Positions 9,015-18,062 of a DNA stretch of 64,000 nucleotides are shown here, in pieces; the first letter of the stretch is position 1; each line of letters begins with the position of its first letter. The stretch is from Alphaproteobacteria bacterium (GTDB lineage: Bacteria; Pseudomonadota; Alphaproteobacteria; UBA8366). The DNA lies in assembly GCA_965228975.1 (NCBI GenBank), contig OZ245851.1:4917953-4981952 (forward strand), read 5' to 3'. The notes beneath the pieces are model-generated. The model saw only the letters and a program-made list of their open reading frames with translations. It was not told the DNA's origin and did no database searches. Made by a program: the position numbers and the translations under genes.

Positions 9015-10142
9015 ATGAATGGTAGCCGCGCAAGAGTTCGATGGAGGGAAGGTATTTCAAATTCTCAGGATGCGATACCGTACACGCAATTTCTATCCGC
9101 GGATGGCAGAAGGCACGAGCCGTGGCCGGACTTTGCGCGTGACAGCGGGCTACTCGGCGAGCTCTATCGTGCAATGGTGCTTACGCGCACTTTCGACGCC
9201 AAAGCGGTCGCTCTGCAACGCACGGGCAGACTGGGCACGTTCGCCTCGTCTCTTGGCCAGGAAGCCGTGGCCGTGGGTATTGGTGCCGCAATGCGGCCGG
9301 ACGACGTATTGTTGCCATCCTTCCGAGAGCAAGGCGCCCAATTCATTCGGGGCGTCAGCATGGTGGAACTGCTGCTCTATTGGGGTGGCGATGAACGGGG
9401 TAGTGACTTTGCCGGGCCAAGGGAAGATTTTCCAATCTGCGTCCCTGTCGGCACGCAAGCGTCGCACGCCGTAGGGGTTGCCCTGGCATTTCGGTTGCGC
9501 GAGGAGAAGCGCGCCGCGGTTTGCGTAATAGGCGACGGCGCGACATCCAAGGGCGATGTTTACGAGGCGATGAACTTGGCGGGTGTCTGGCGATTGCCGG
9601 TGGTGTTTATCGTCAACAACAACGAGTGGGCCATATCGGTACCGCGCCGGGCGCAGACGGCTGCGGAGACTCTGGCGCAAAAAGCCATCGCTACCGGATT
9701 CGCGGGAGAACAAGTCGACGGCAACGATGTCATTGCCGTGCGTGCAACTGTCGAGCGCGCTCTCCAAAGAGCCCGCGATGAGGGCGAGCCCTGCCTGATC
9801 GAAGCGTTGACCTATCGCTTGAGCGATCATACGACCGTGGACGACGCCAGCCGATATCGGGACGATGCCGAAGTCAGCGCGCGGTGGAAGGAAGAGCCGA
9901 TTGCCCGCCTGCGCACATACCTCGCGGATGCGGGGCTGTGGGGCAAGGAGGAAGAAGATCGCCTTCTTGCCGATTGCAACGAACGGGTCAATGACGCAAC
10001 CGAGCAGTATCTCGCCACGGCTCCGCAATCGCCTGAATCAATGTTCGATCACCTGTACGCGGATTTACCGAATGCTCTAGCTGATCAGCGGGCGTCCCTG
10101 TTGACCGCGCCGACGGGAGATCCGGAGCCGTCCGATGGCTGA
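9015..10142 (+). CDS. TPP-dependent 2-oxoacid dehydrogenase E1 alpha subunit (BCKDH/PDH type)
   Basis: TPP-binding GDGATSKGDVYEAMNLAG...VVFIVNNNEWAIS motif. 375 aa. Confidence 0.85.
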   Translation: MNGSRARVRWREGISNSQDAIPYTQFLSADGRRHEPWPDFARDSGLLGELYRAMVLTRTFDAKAVALQRTGRLGTFASSLGQEAVAVGIGAAMRPDDVLLPSFREQGAQFIRGVSMVELLLYWGGDERGSDFAGPREDFPICVPVGTQASHAVGVALAFRLREEKRAAVCVIGDGATSKGDVYEAMNLAGVWRLPVVFIVNNNEWAISVPRRAQTAAETLAQKAIATGFAGEQVDGNDVIAVRATVERALQRARDEGEPCLIEALTYRLSDHTTVDDASRYRDDAEVSARWKEEPIARLRTYLADAGLWGKEEEDRLLADCNERVNDATEQYLATAPQSPESMFDHLYADLPNALADQRASLLTAPTGDPEPSDG

Positions 10143-11115
10143 ACTGACGATGGTAGAGGCGGTAAGGCTTGCGCTCGGGCGGGCGATGCAGGAAGACGAC
10201 GCCGTGCTGATTCTGGGCGAGGATGTCGGTGTCAACGGCGGCGTGTTTCGTGCGACGGACGGCCTGCAGCGGCAATTTGGCGAGGCTCGGGTATTCGATA
10301 CACCGCTATCCGAGGCCTTGCTTGGGGGCGTTGCCGTGGGACTCGGGGCGCAGGGATTTCGGCCCGTCGTGGAATTCCAATTTATGGGGTTCATCTATCC
10401 GGCAATCGACCAAATCGTGAATCATGCCGGACGCCTTCGGAATCGGACGCGGGGTCGTCTGACCTGTCCGGTGGTATATCGTGCTCCTTACGGCGGGGGC
10501 ATCCGGGCCCCTGAGCACCACTCCGAAAGCACGGAAGCGATGTTCGCGCATATTCCGGGAATTCGTTTGGTAATTCCGTCGTCGCCGTCGCGCGCCTATC
10601 AATTGTTATTGGCGGCCATTCGTGACCCCGACCCTGTGGTTTTCTTGGAACCCAAGCGGGCTTACCGGACGCCAAAGGAAGAGGTCGCGAATAACGGAGA
10701 GGCGGCACCGCTCGATCGTTGTTTTCTGCTGCGCGAGGGCCGGGATTTGACCTTTGTTACCTGGGGCGCGCTCGTTACCGAAACGCTCGCGGTGGCCGAC
10801 CGCCTGGCCGAGGAGGGAGTCTTCGCCGACGTGATCGACGTTGCCACGCTAAAGCCTCTCGACATGGAGACGATCTTGCAGTCAGTCCAGCGAACGGGAC
10901 GTTGCATCATTGTTCACGAAGCCGCTTTGACCGGTGGGTTTGGCGGAGAGATCGCGGCCCGCTTGGCCGATGAAGGCTTGATGCATCTCGTGGCGCCGGT
11001 GCTGCGTGTAGCCGGGTTCGACACCATTGTGCCTCTGCCGAAACTGGAAGATCGATATTTTCCCGATCAGGAAAGGATTTATGCATCAGCGAGAAAGGCG
11101 CTTGATTACGCATGA
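10135..11115 (+). CDS. 2-oxoacid dehydrogenase E1 beta subunit
   Basis: LGEDVGVNGGVFRATDGLQ..FGE.RVFDTPLSE transketolase-like signature. 8-nt overlap with the E1 alpha gene. Confidence 0.85.
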   Translation: MAELTMVEAVRLALGRAMQEDDAVLILGEDVGVNGGVFRATDGLQRQFGEARVFDTPLSEALLGGVAVGLGAQGFRPVVEFQFMGFIYPAIDQIVNHAGRLRNRTRGRLTCPVVYRAPYGGGIRAPEHHSESTEAMFAHIPGIRLVIPSSPSRAYQLLLAAIRDPDPVVFLEPKRAYRTPKEEVANNGEAAPLDRCFLLREGRDLTFVTWGALVTETLAVADRLAEEGVFADVIDVATLKPLDMETILQSVQRTGRCIIVHEAALTGGFGGEIAARLADEGLMHLVAPVLRVAGFDTIVPLPKLEDRYFPDQERIYASARKALDYA

Positions 11116-12203
11116 CGACATTCAACCTGCCGGATTTGGGGGAGGGTCTACAGGAAGCCGAAATTGTCGCTTGGCATGTGGGCGTTGGTGATCATGTTGT
11201 TGCCGACCAGCCGCTGGTCTCTGTCGAGACGGAAAAGGCGGTTGTCGAAGTGCCGTCGCCGCAGTCGGGCCGTATCGGGAAACTGTTCGCACAAACCGGC
11301 GATGTTCTGAAGATCGGAGAACCGCTTGTTTCATTCGGCGACGCGGAAGGCGCCGATTCCGGAACGGTTGTCGGGGCGGTCCCGGACGCGACAGTCAAGC
11401 CACGTGCCGGTGCTCCGGAAAGGGCGGGGGCGGCCGGTGTGAAAGCGGCGCCGGCTATACGCCAGCTTGCAGTGCAGCTTGGCATAGATCTGGCGAGTAT
11501 TCGGCCGACCGGCTCGGCCGGCAATATCACCGCTGCGGACGTTGAGAGGGCTGCGGCTGACAAATCCGGCCTCTTCGATCCGTTGCGCGGCGTTCGCCGG
11601 GCGATGGCGAAGAACATGGAACGCGCCCATGCGGAAGTGGTGCCGGCAACCGTCACGGAAGTCGCCGATGTTGGGGATTGGACACCGGACGTCGATGTCA
11701 CGATGCGCCTCATCCGGGCAATCGTAACCGCCTGCCAGGCGGAGCCAGCTTTGAACGCCTGGTATTTCGGACGAGAGGCCGGGCGACAGTTGCATCGCCG
11801 AATTGATCTCGGTGTCGCCATGGACACGGAGGACGGCTTGTTCGTGCCGGTGTTAAGAAACGTCGGTGAACGCGACGTGCCGGATTTGCGTCGTGGCCTC
11901 GATGCGATGAAACGTGATGTCGCGTTGAGGACGGTACCGCTGGATGAATTGCGGGGCCAAACCATCACGCTGTCGAATTTCGGAATGTTCGGTGGCATCC
12001 ATGCAGCCCTCGTTGTCCTGCCGCCACAGGTTGCCATTCTCGGCGCCGGCGGTATCCGGGACTCGGTCGTCCCTCGGGGTGGCCATGCGGTCGTTCGGCG
12101 AGTGCTACCGCTCTCCTTGACGTTCGACCATCGCGCGGTGATGGGGGGCGAGGCGTCGCGGTTTCTTGCGGCGTCGAAGGAAGATCTGGAAAGGGCGCAG
12201 TGA
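11112..12203 (+). CDS. dihydrolipoamide acyltransferase E2
   Basis: Lipoyl domain VSVETEKAVVEVPSP, E3/E1-binding domain PAIRQLAVQLGIDLASIRPTGSAGNI, catalytic LTFDHRAVMGGEASRF. ATGA overlap with the E1 beta gene. Confidence 0.85.
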   Translation: MTTFNLPDLGEGLQEAEIVAWHVGVGDHVVADQPLVSVETEKAVVEVPSPQSGRIGKLFAQTGDVLKIGEPLVSFGDAEGADSGTVVGAVPDATVKPRAGAPERAGAAGVKAAPAIRQLAVQLGIDLASIRPTGSAGNITAADVERAAADKSGLFDPLRGVRRAMAKNMERAHAEVVPATVTEVADVGDWTPDVDVTMRLIRAIVTACQAEPALNAWYFGREAGRQLHRRIDLGVAMDTEDGLFVPVLRNVGERDVPDLRRGLDAMKRDVALRTVPLDELRGQTITLSNFGMFGGIHAALVVLPPQVAILGAGGIRDSVVPRGGHAVVRRVLPLSLTFDHRAVMGGEASRFLAASKEDLERAQ

Positions 12204-13354
12204 GCCGGTCGGTAGGGGGACGGGACATGGTGGAAAGCAGGCAACACGTAGAAGACGTTTTTCGGCTGGCCGATGATCTGGGCCCGTCAAAAATTATTCA
12301 CATGCATGACCCGCGGATTGCCCTCAAAGCCATTCTCGTCCTCGACAATCTCGCCGCTGGGCCGGCGATCGGGGGAACTCGGATGGCGCCCGACGTAAGC
12401 CTGGATGAGTGTTTCCGTCTCGCGCGGGCTATGACGCGCAAGAACGCCATGGCAGGCCTGCCCCATGGTGGCGCGAAGTCCGTGATCTTCGCAGATCCTA
12501 AGATGACGGCCCCTGAGAAGGAGCGATTGGTCCGTGCTTTCGCCAACGCGATCCGGACGATCGAGGATTACATCGCCGGGCCGGATATGGGCACGGACGA
12601 GCGTTGCATGGCCTGGGTGAAGGACGAGATCGGCCGGTCCGTCGGATTGCCGCGGGAGTTCGGTGGGATACCTCTCGATGAGATCGGTGCGACCGGATTT
12701 GGACTCGCTGCGAGTATCGACGTCGCAGCGGAATTCTGCGGCCTAGACCTACAGGGTGCGCGCATCGCCGTGCAGGGATTCGGCGCGGTCGGAAAACACG
12801 CTGCTCGCTTCCTTGGTGAGAAAGGCGCTGTCTTGGTGGCGGCGGCGGATTCCGGCGGTACTCTGGCCGATCCCAATGGAATCGACATCGGGGCGCTGGT
12901 CGCAACAAAGAATAGGGGATGCAGCGTGATCGATCATGGCAGCGGCCAGGTCCTGGACGGTGACGCCATAATCGATGTGGCGTGCGACATCTGGATTCCC
13001 GCGGCGCGGCCCGACGTTCTGAGAGCCGACAACGTGGAGCGGCTGCAGGCCCGCCTCGTCGCCCAAGGCGCCAACATTCCGGCTAGTCCGGAGGCGGAGC
13101 AGATGTTGCACGATCGCGGCGTCTTGAGCATCCCCGACTTCGTCGCCAACGCCGGCGGCGTGATTTGCGCTGCGGTTGAGTATCGTGGCGGAACCGAGAG
13201 AGCGGCGTTGGACGAGATCGACGAGAAGATTCGCCTGAATACGCGGGCTGTTCTTGAAGCGTCGGCGGAGTCCGGAGAACCGCCGAGAAAGGCCGCCGAT
13301 CGGCTGGCCGATGCCCGCATACGGCGTGCCATGGAGTATCGGCGTTGGCTTTGA
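12200..13354 (+). CDS. Glu/Leu/Phe/Val dehydrogenase family amino-acid dehydrogenase
   Basis: GLPHGGAKSVIF catalytic-Lys region, GPDMGTDE, and Rossmann motif VQGFGAVGKHAA. GTGA overlap with E2; an alternative ATG lies at 12227. Confidence 0.8.
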   Translation: MSRSVGGRDMVESRQHVEDVFRLADDLGPSKIIHMHDPRIALKAILVLDNLAAGPAIGGTRMAPDVSLDECFRLARAMTRKNAMAGLPHGGAKSVIFADPKMTAPEKERLVRAFANAIRTIEDYIAGPDMGTDERCMAWVKDEIGRSVGLPREFGGIPLDEIGATGFGLAASIDVAAEFCGLDLQGARIAVQGFGAVGKHAARFLGEKGAVLVAAADSGGTLADPNGIDIGALVATKNRGCSVIDHGSGQVLDGDAIIDVACDIWIPAARPDVLRADNVERLQARLVAQGANIPASPEAEQMLHDRGVLSIPDFVANAGGVICAAVEYRGGTERAALDEIDEKIRLNTRAVLEASAESGEPPRKAADRLADARIRRAMEYRRWL

Positions 13355-13391
13355 GGGCGGGACGGCAGAAGCAGCAGCGAGGCGATGTTTC

Positions 13392-14197
13392 GGCATTGTC
13401 AGACTAAATGGACTTGAGGCTTAAGAGGCGTGTCCGCAGCCTCGACGGATGAAGAACCCCTACTGTTATTTTAATAGTTCGCCGGAGGTGATCCGTCTCA
13501 CGGTGATGTTCTACATCCGCTATCCGCTTTCGCTGCGCCGAGTCGAGGACATCCTGTTTGAGCGCGGGATCGACATCTGCCATGAGACCGTGCGGTTCTG
13601 GTGGAATCGGTTCGGTCCGATTTTCGCCGCAGAGATCCGAAAGCGACGCGTTCAAACTGGGTGCTATTCGCAATGGCGCTGGCACTTGGACGAGGTGTTT
13701 GTGAAGATCAATGGTGAGACGCGTTAACTGTGGCGAGCCGTTGATCACGAAGGTGAGGTGCTAGAGGTATTTGCGACGAAACACCGGGATCGCAAGGCTG
13801 CACTGAAGTTTTTGAGACGCGCTATGAAGCGTTATGGTCGGCCAGGGAGCATCGTGACAGACCGGCTTCGATCATACCGGGCGGCGATGAATGTCATCGG
13901 CATTTCGCATCGCCAAGAATGTGGCCGGTGGCTCAACAATCGAGCCGAAAATTCACACCAGCCATTCCGAAGACGGGAAGGGGCAATGTCGAAATACAGG
14001 GACCTCAAAACCCTACAGAAGTTCGCGTCCGCTCACGCCTCGATCCAAAATCATTTCAATCAGGACCGCCACCTCAATCGCCGCGATATCTTCAAGCAGG
14101 ACCGCTCTGCCGCTCTGGCCGAATGGCGTCAGCTGGCCGCGTGAACCTAGTAATGCCGGGGAATTTGGAGGCTGGGTCGCATTAAACTGACAGCACC
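13392..14197 (+). mobile_element. IS6-family insertion sequence, copy 1 (inactive)
   Basis: 806 bp. Terminal inverted repeats are GGCATTGTCAGACTAAATG (13392-) and the reverse complement of CATTAAACTGACAGCACC (-14197). Single transposase frame inside. Confidence 0.85.
13449..14144 (+). pseudogene. IS6-family (IS26-like) DDE transposase with one in-frame TAA
   Basis: The two track ORFs 13449-13727 and 13758-14144 are in the same frame. The TAA at 13725-13727 interrupts ...KINGETR*LWRAVDHEGEV...; copy 2 reads ...GETHDLWRAVDHKGEV at that point. Confidence 0.85.
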
Positions 14198-14225
14198 CCG
14201 CCCTGAGCTTGGTCGGGGGACCAGC

Positions 14226-15113
14226 TTAGGTATCCACCTCTTCTTTTATCCACGAAAAGAATTGCCGGACTTTTCGCGTTTCCGCATGCCCGGGCAGCGC
14301 AACCGCCGTATAGCGAAGGCCGGGAACGCGTGCGTCCGGTTGGAACTCTGCAAGCCAGCCGTGTTTCAGCATATCCTGGACCAGCAGGCTGCTGGCGACG
14401 ACGATCCCTTGGCCGGCCAGCGCGGCCTGGATCGAATGCTGCTCCTGATCGAAAACGCGGCGGTTCTTGAACCGCGCGGGATTAGCACCGCGCACCGCCA
14501 ACCAGTCGTCCCAGCCGACCGGCTTCAGATCGGTCGACCGCCAGCGCGTCTCGATCAAGACCGCGTCTTCAAAGTCGCGTAAGGTCTCTAGAAAACCGGG
14601 ATGAGCGAAGGCGCCAAACGTCTCTTCCGCGACGGGCAGTGTCGCAAGGCCGGGATACGCACCCGCGCCATAACGGATTGCAATATCGATCCGCCGATCG
14701 CGTTCGAGATCAAGCAGGTCGGTGGATGTTTCGACATGAACACTTGAGGCAGGATACCGTGACTCAAACCCGGCGAGCCGCGGCACCAGCCACAGCGCGG
14801 CGAATGCCGGAGTGGCGGCAATGGTCAGGCGCGACGACGCGTCCCGCAGTTCCTCCAATGCGTCATAGATGTCTCGAAAACCACGCGACGTAGCCGCGGC
14901 GAGGCGGCTTCCCTCTGGTGTCAGGGATATCTTGCGGGTCGCGCGAACAAAAAGCGCAACCCCGAGCTGATCTTCGAGCGACCGGATCTGATGTGAAACG
15001 GCCGTCGGCGTCACGCCCAATTCAGCCGCTGCATCCTTGAAGCTGCCCGTGCGCGCCGCGGCATCGAAGGACCGTAGCGCCGGAAGAGAAATCGACGAAA
15101 CGTTCACCAGCAT
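14226..15113 (-). CDS. LysR-family transcriptional regulator
   Basis: N-terminal HTH LRSFDAAARTGSFKDAAAELGVTPTAVSHQIRSLEDQLG followed by a LysR substrate-binding domain of the expected length. Confidence 0.85.
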   Translation of the reverse strand: MLVNVSSISLPALRSFDAAARTGSFKDAAAELGVTPTAVSHQIRSLEDQLGVALFVRATRKISLTPEGSRLAAATSRGFRDIYDALEELRDASSRLTIAATPAFAALWLVPRLAGFESRYPASSVHVETSTDLLDLERDRRIDIAIRYGAGAYPGLATLPVAEETFGAFAHPGFLETLRDFEDAVLIETRWRSTDLKPVGWDDWLAVRGANPARFKNRRVFDQEQHSIQAALAGQGIVVASSLLVQDMLKHGWLAEFQPDARVPGLRYTAVALPGHAETRKVRQFFSWIKEEVDT

Positions 15114-15122
15114 GCCTTATGC

Positions 15123-15137
15123 ATGAATTATATTCAT
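15123..15137. promoter_or_regulatory. LysR-type T-N11-A dyad
   Basis: Perfect inverted repeat ATGAAT-TAT-ATTCAT in the divergent intergenic region between the lysR-like gene and the 15258 operon. Confidence 0.55.
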
Positions 15138-15257
15138 TTATAGATGAAGACTTACCTTTTGTCGACTCGCTCGCAACCGGTCATATCTCGCAGCATCCCA
15201 GGCACACCACGGTTCCGGGTCACGCGACACAAACACCCTGAAAGAAAGGTTCAAGAA

Positions 15258-15647
15258 ATGTCGAAGAACACAGATAAGCTTTTAAGTGGCGGAACCGCCA
15301 ACGTGGCCTACATCAGCGAAAGCGAAGGTATCGCCGCAATGACCGGAACTCTGAAGGGCGGCGCCTACGCCCACGTCACCAGCGATCACCGCGATGTCGG
15401 AAACGGCCGCTTTGAATTCGACATGGAAGATTTCTTCATCTATACGGACGGCTCCACGATCGTCGCCAACGACAAATCCTGCGTGCAAGAGGCCGCAGAG
15501 GAGATCACCGCGGGCAGCACCGACTACACGGTCGTCAATGCGACGGGCCGCTTCGCCGGGTTCACTGGCCCGTTCGGGCGCCGCGGCGGCCGGTTCTTCG
15601 ATAAAGGCATTGGCGTCCTGCGGTTCGAAGGCGAACTCAACCGCTGA
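15258..15647 (+). CDS. hypothetical protein (129 aa)
   Basis: ATG at 15258 preceded by AAAGAAAGG. Protein-like composition. Immediately upstream of the azoreductase-like gene. Family not recognised. Confidence 0.5.
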   Translation: MSKNTDKLLSGGTANVAYISESEGIAAMTGTLKGGAYAHVTSDHRDVGNGRFEFDMEDFFIYTDGSTIVANDKSCVQEAAEEITAGSTDYTVVNATGRFAGFTGPFGRRGGRFFDKGIGVLRFEGELNR

Positions 15648-15672
15648 TCGCGCAAAGCTAGGAGACCTCACC

Positions 15673-16347
15673 ATGACCACATTGCTTCGTATCGACGCCA
15701 GCGCCCGGACGTCTCGCTCAACGACCCGTGCGCTGTCGGATCGTTTCTTCGGGCTCTGGCTTGCCCGGCGTCCAAACGACGAGCACATCCTTCGTGATGT
15801 CGGCGCGAACCCGCCGTCCATCATTACGGAAGACTGGATCGCAGCCGCCTTCGCCAAAGAGCGTTCGCAGAAAGAGGCGGATCTTCTCGCCCTCTCGAAC
15901 GACCTGATCGCCGAGGTGGCCGTCGCCAACATCATTGTCATGGCGACGCCGATGTACAACTACGGCATGCCCGCCGCGTTGAAGGCGTGGTTCGACCAGG
16001 TCGTCCGGGTCGACAAGACCTTCACGTTCGATCTGGCCAGGGGCGATGCCCCGCTCGAACCGGTTTTCTCCGGCAAGACGCTCGTCCTTCTGACGTCCTG
16101 GGGAGAATTCGGCTTCGGTCCCGGCGAGGTCAACGAAGGCCGCGACAGCCTGACCCCGCATATCCGGACCGCATCGCGCTATCTCGGCGTCGAAACGGTC
16201 CACCATGTCGGGGTCGAATACCAGGAATTCGGAGATCACCGTTTCGAAGCATCGCGCAACGCGGCGCACGCCGCACTCGAACCGCTGGTCGACCGCCTCG
16301 TCGTCTCGGCCGGCTTTGGCGCGACCGATCGCAGCTCGGCGGCGTGA
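15673..16347 (+). CDS. azoR: FMN-dependent NADH-azoreductase / NAD(P)H quinone oxidoreductase (AzoR family)
   Basis: MTTLLRIDASARTSRSTTRAL...IVMATPMYNYGMPAALKAWFDQVVRVDKTF is the flavodoxin-like-fold AzoR signature. AGGAGA RBS before the ATG at 15673. The longer track ORF from 15394 is an upstream read-through. Confidence 0.75.
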   Translation: MTTLLRIDASARTSRSTTRALSDRFFGLWLARRPNDEHILRDVGANPPSIITEDWIAAAFAKERSQKEADLLALSNDLIAEVAVANIIVMATPMYNYGMPAALKAWFDQVVRVDKTFTFDLARGDAPLEPVFSGKTLVLLTSWGEFGFGPGEVNEGRDSLTPHIRTASRYLGVETVHHVGVEYQEFGDHRFEASRNAAHAALEPLVDRLVVSAGFGATDRSSAA

Positions 16348-16710
16348 TTGTTCCGAGCGTCATGCTGCTTGCCGACAGCAACCGCTTCGCCGTCGGGATG
16401 CCCGTAGCTGGCGGGTGAGGAGGGCCACAGAATTTGTGTCTGTCGTGTTCAGGCATTTCTGCACGTCCGCTTTTGGCTAAGACCGGCTGAGTTACTTACC
16501 TAGCTACATGTCGGCTTTGGCCTGAACTGAGACATTCACAGCAAATCAACGAGGCTCAAAGCCTTATCGTTGCAGGCCCTTTGAACAATGAGAATCCATG
16601 TCTCATTCTAGAGTTACAACAGACCTCAAACCTTAAATAGCGGACGTGGTCCACTATGAAATTCTGGCCAAATTAGGGGCAAAGCCGAACGCCCTGATCC
16701 AACTATTTGT

Positions 16711-16882
16711 TACCCTGTTCTGGCGATTAAATTCCCTGTTACTTCGGAAAAATTCCCTGTTCGAGATTTAGGGATTTCGGGAAATTAGTGACTTATTATC
16801 AGTGCCTTGGCACCCCCGATAAGCTCTCCAGGCTCTGATTTTGTTAGAATTCCCTGTTTTTTCCCTGTTAAACAGGGAATTC
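16711..16882. repeat. array of (A)ATTCCCTGTT motifs (5 direct, 1 perfect inverted, plus degenerate inverted half-sites)
   Basis: - Direct copies: TACCCTGTT 16711, AATTCCCTGTT 16730 and 16751, GAATTCCCTGTT 16847, TTCCCTGTT 16861.
- Inverted copy: AACAGGGAATTC 16871.
- GAATTCCCTGTT(N12)AACAGGGAATTC is a perfect 12-bp inverted repeat.
- AGGGATTT/GGGAAATT at 16769-16786 resemble inverted half-sites. Confidence 0.8.
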
Positions 16883-17058
16883 CTGCGGAGACTGGTTCGC
16901 TACAGACTGCGTGCACCACCATTAATTTTCTGTCTAACGTGATGAGAATGTGGGCGTGTCGCCGGCTGCGGTTTCCCCGGCGAATCGGCGATATCGACCT
17001 CATTTTATGGGATTAGGGACGGCTGAGTTTGCCGTCTGCGAGCGTAACTCCTGCCCTG

Positions 17059-17979
17059 TCAGTGTGTGGCTGTTCCCGCGGTCTTTGTTTCCGTCTCACC
17101 CGCGAGCTCGATGAGTTGTTGTCGAAATCGGTTTTGCCTACTCGCCTTGCCCTGTGAGCGATTTTCTGTGTCGAGGTTGAGATTTGCAATGAAATCCGTT
17201 TCGAATTGCCTTGGAATGCCCTTGATCGACACGCTGGCGTGTTCTCGGATGCCCTCGAAAATGCGCATCTTCTCGTCGAGGAAGTCGCTTGCGTCGAACC
17301 CAAGGCCGGCGACGTAGTCCCCATATCGTTGTAGCCGGCTTTGCAGCAGGTGGACATATTCGCTGAGGAGGAATTCCGTCGCCACCACGAACGATTTCGG
17401 CGGCTTGGTCGCCAGTGTGTTCAGGGCGTTGATGATGTGAAAAAGGCCATCGGAGAAACTCATCAACAGCTCACGGTACTCGGCGTCGACCCTCTCCGCC
17501 TCGCGAAGCTTTTCATCGAAGCGCGCCGAGGACGACCACCACACGGAAAGAAGAAACCCCAACGTCACCGCGAACAGACTGGTCATGACGACGCGGGTGG
17601 CGTAGAGCGCGCCGGTCAGGACGTCCATATTCTCGAAGAGATACACCGAACCCGCGAATAGAATGGCAAAGACCAGGAGCAGGCCGAAAGACGGGTGAGA
17701 GAATGTCCGGCGCTTCAACTTGCCTTTCGCCCGGACGATCCATTCGCCATGCGTCAGTTTTTTTTCCGGCAACGGCTTCGCTCGGATCCGTGGTTTTCGA
17801 GTGGACTCGAAGAGGATTCCCAGGGCGATGGCGGTTGCGCTGGTTGCCAATGTCGCCGCAAGAAACGGTGCCCCATTGATCCACACGAATACGCCGGCCG
17901 CGCCGAAGAGGAGCGCCATGAGCGAGAGTGAGACTCGTTTGGCCATCAGAAGATCATTCAACCCTACCAGATCGATCAT
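17059..17979 (-). CDS. hypothetical membrane protein, paralog A (extra N-terminal TM pair + shared 2-TM hairpin + helical cytoplasmic domain)
   Basis: 306 aa. Shares a roughly 196-aa core (LTHGEWIVRAKGKLKRRTF...FIANLNLD) with the upstream paralog. Confidence 0.65.
   Translation of the reverse strand: MIDLVGLNDLLMAKRVSLSLMALLFGAAGVFVWINGAPFLAATLATSATAIALGILFESTRKPRIRAKPLPEKKLTHGEWIVRAKGKLKRRTFSHPSFGLLLVFAILFAGSVYLFENMDVLTGALYATRVVMTSLFAVTLGFLLSVWWSSSARFDEKLREAERVDAEYRELLMSFSDGLFHIINALNTLATKPPKSFVVATEFLLSEYVHLLQSRLQRYGDYVAGLGFDASDFLDEKMRIFEGIREHASVSIKGIPRQFETDFIANLNLDTENRSQGKASRQNRFRQQLIELAGETETKTAGTATH
17170..17757. repeat. tandem direct repeat, unit A (partner 18186-18773, offset 1016 bp)
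   Basis: 17341-17757 and 18357-18773 are almost base-for-base identical, apart from one roughly 17-bp patch and a few SNPs. 17170-17340 and 18186-18356 are clearly more diverged. Sequence outside these limits is unrelated. Confidence 0.85.
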
Positions 17980-18062
17980 CCACGAAGCGACAAGACACCT
18001 GCGCCGGTTTGTGCGGCGACCGTAATATTCTAAAGGGTCAATCGATTGACAGTGCCCCGCCG

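Noticed and set aside
11192-12247. 351-aa minus-strand ORF. Similar antisense ORFs occur at 9150-10028, 12749-13396, 36058-36888, 36990-37625, 37261-37920, 39512-40368, 60121-61641 and 62204-62941.
   Set aside because: All overlap genes with strong catalytic motifs on the other strand and have Arg/Pro/Ser-rich, motif-less translations. They are GC-driven open frames.
15394-15672. Upstream extension of the azoreductase ORF (track start 15394).
   Set aside because: The extension overlaps the preceding 129-aa gene and is Ala/Arg/Ser-rich. An AGGAGA RBS and the family-typical N-terminus MTTLLRIDAS occur at 15673.
16806-16822. Possible sigma-54 promoter (TGGCAC at 16808).
   Set aside because: The downstream element is ATAAGC rather than TTGC at the required spacing, and no gene is positioned to be driven by it.
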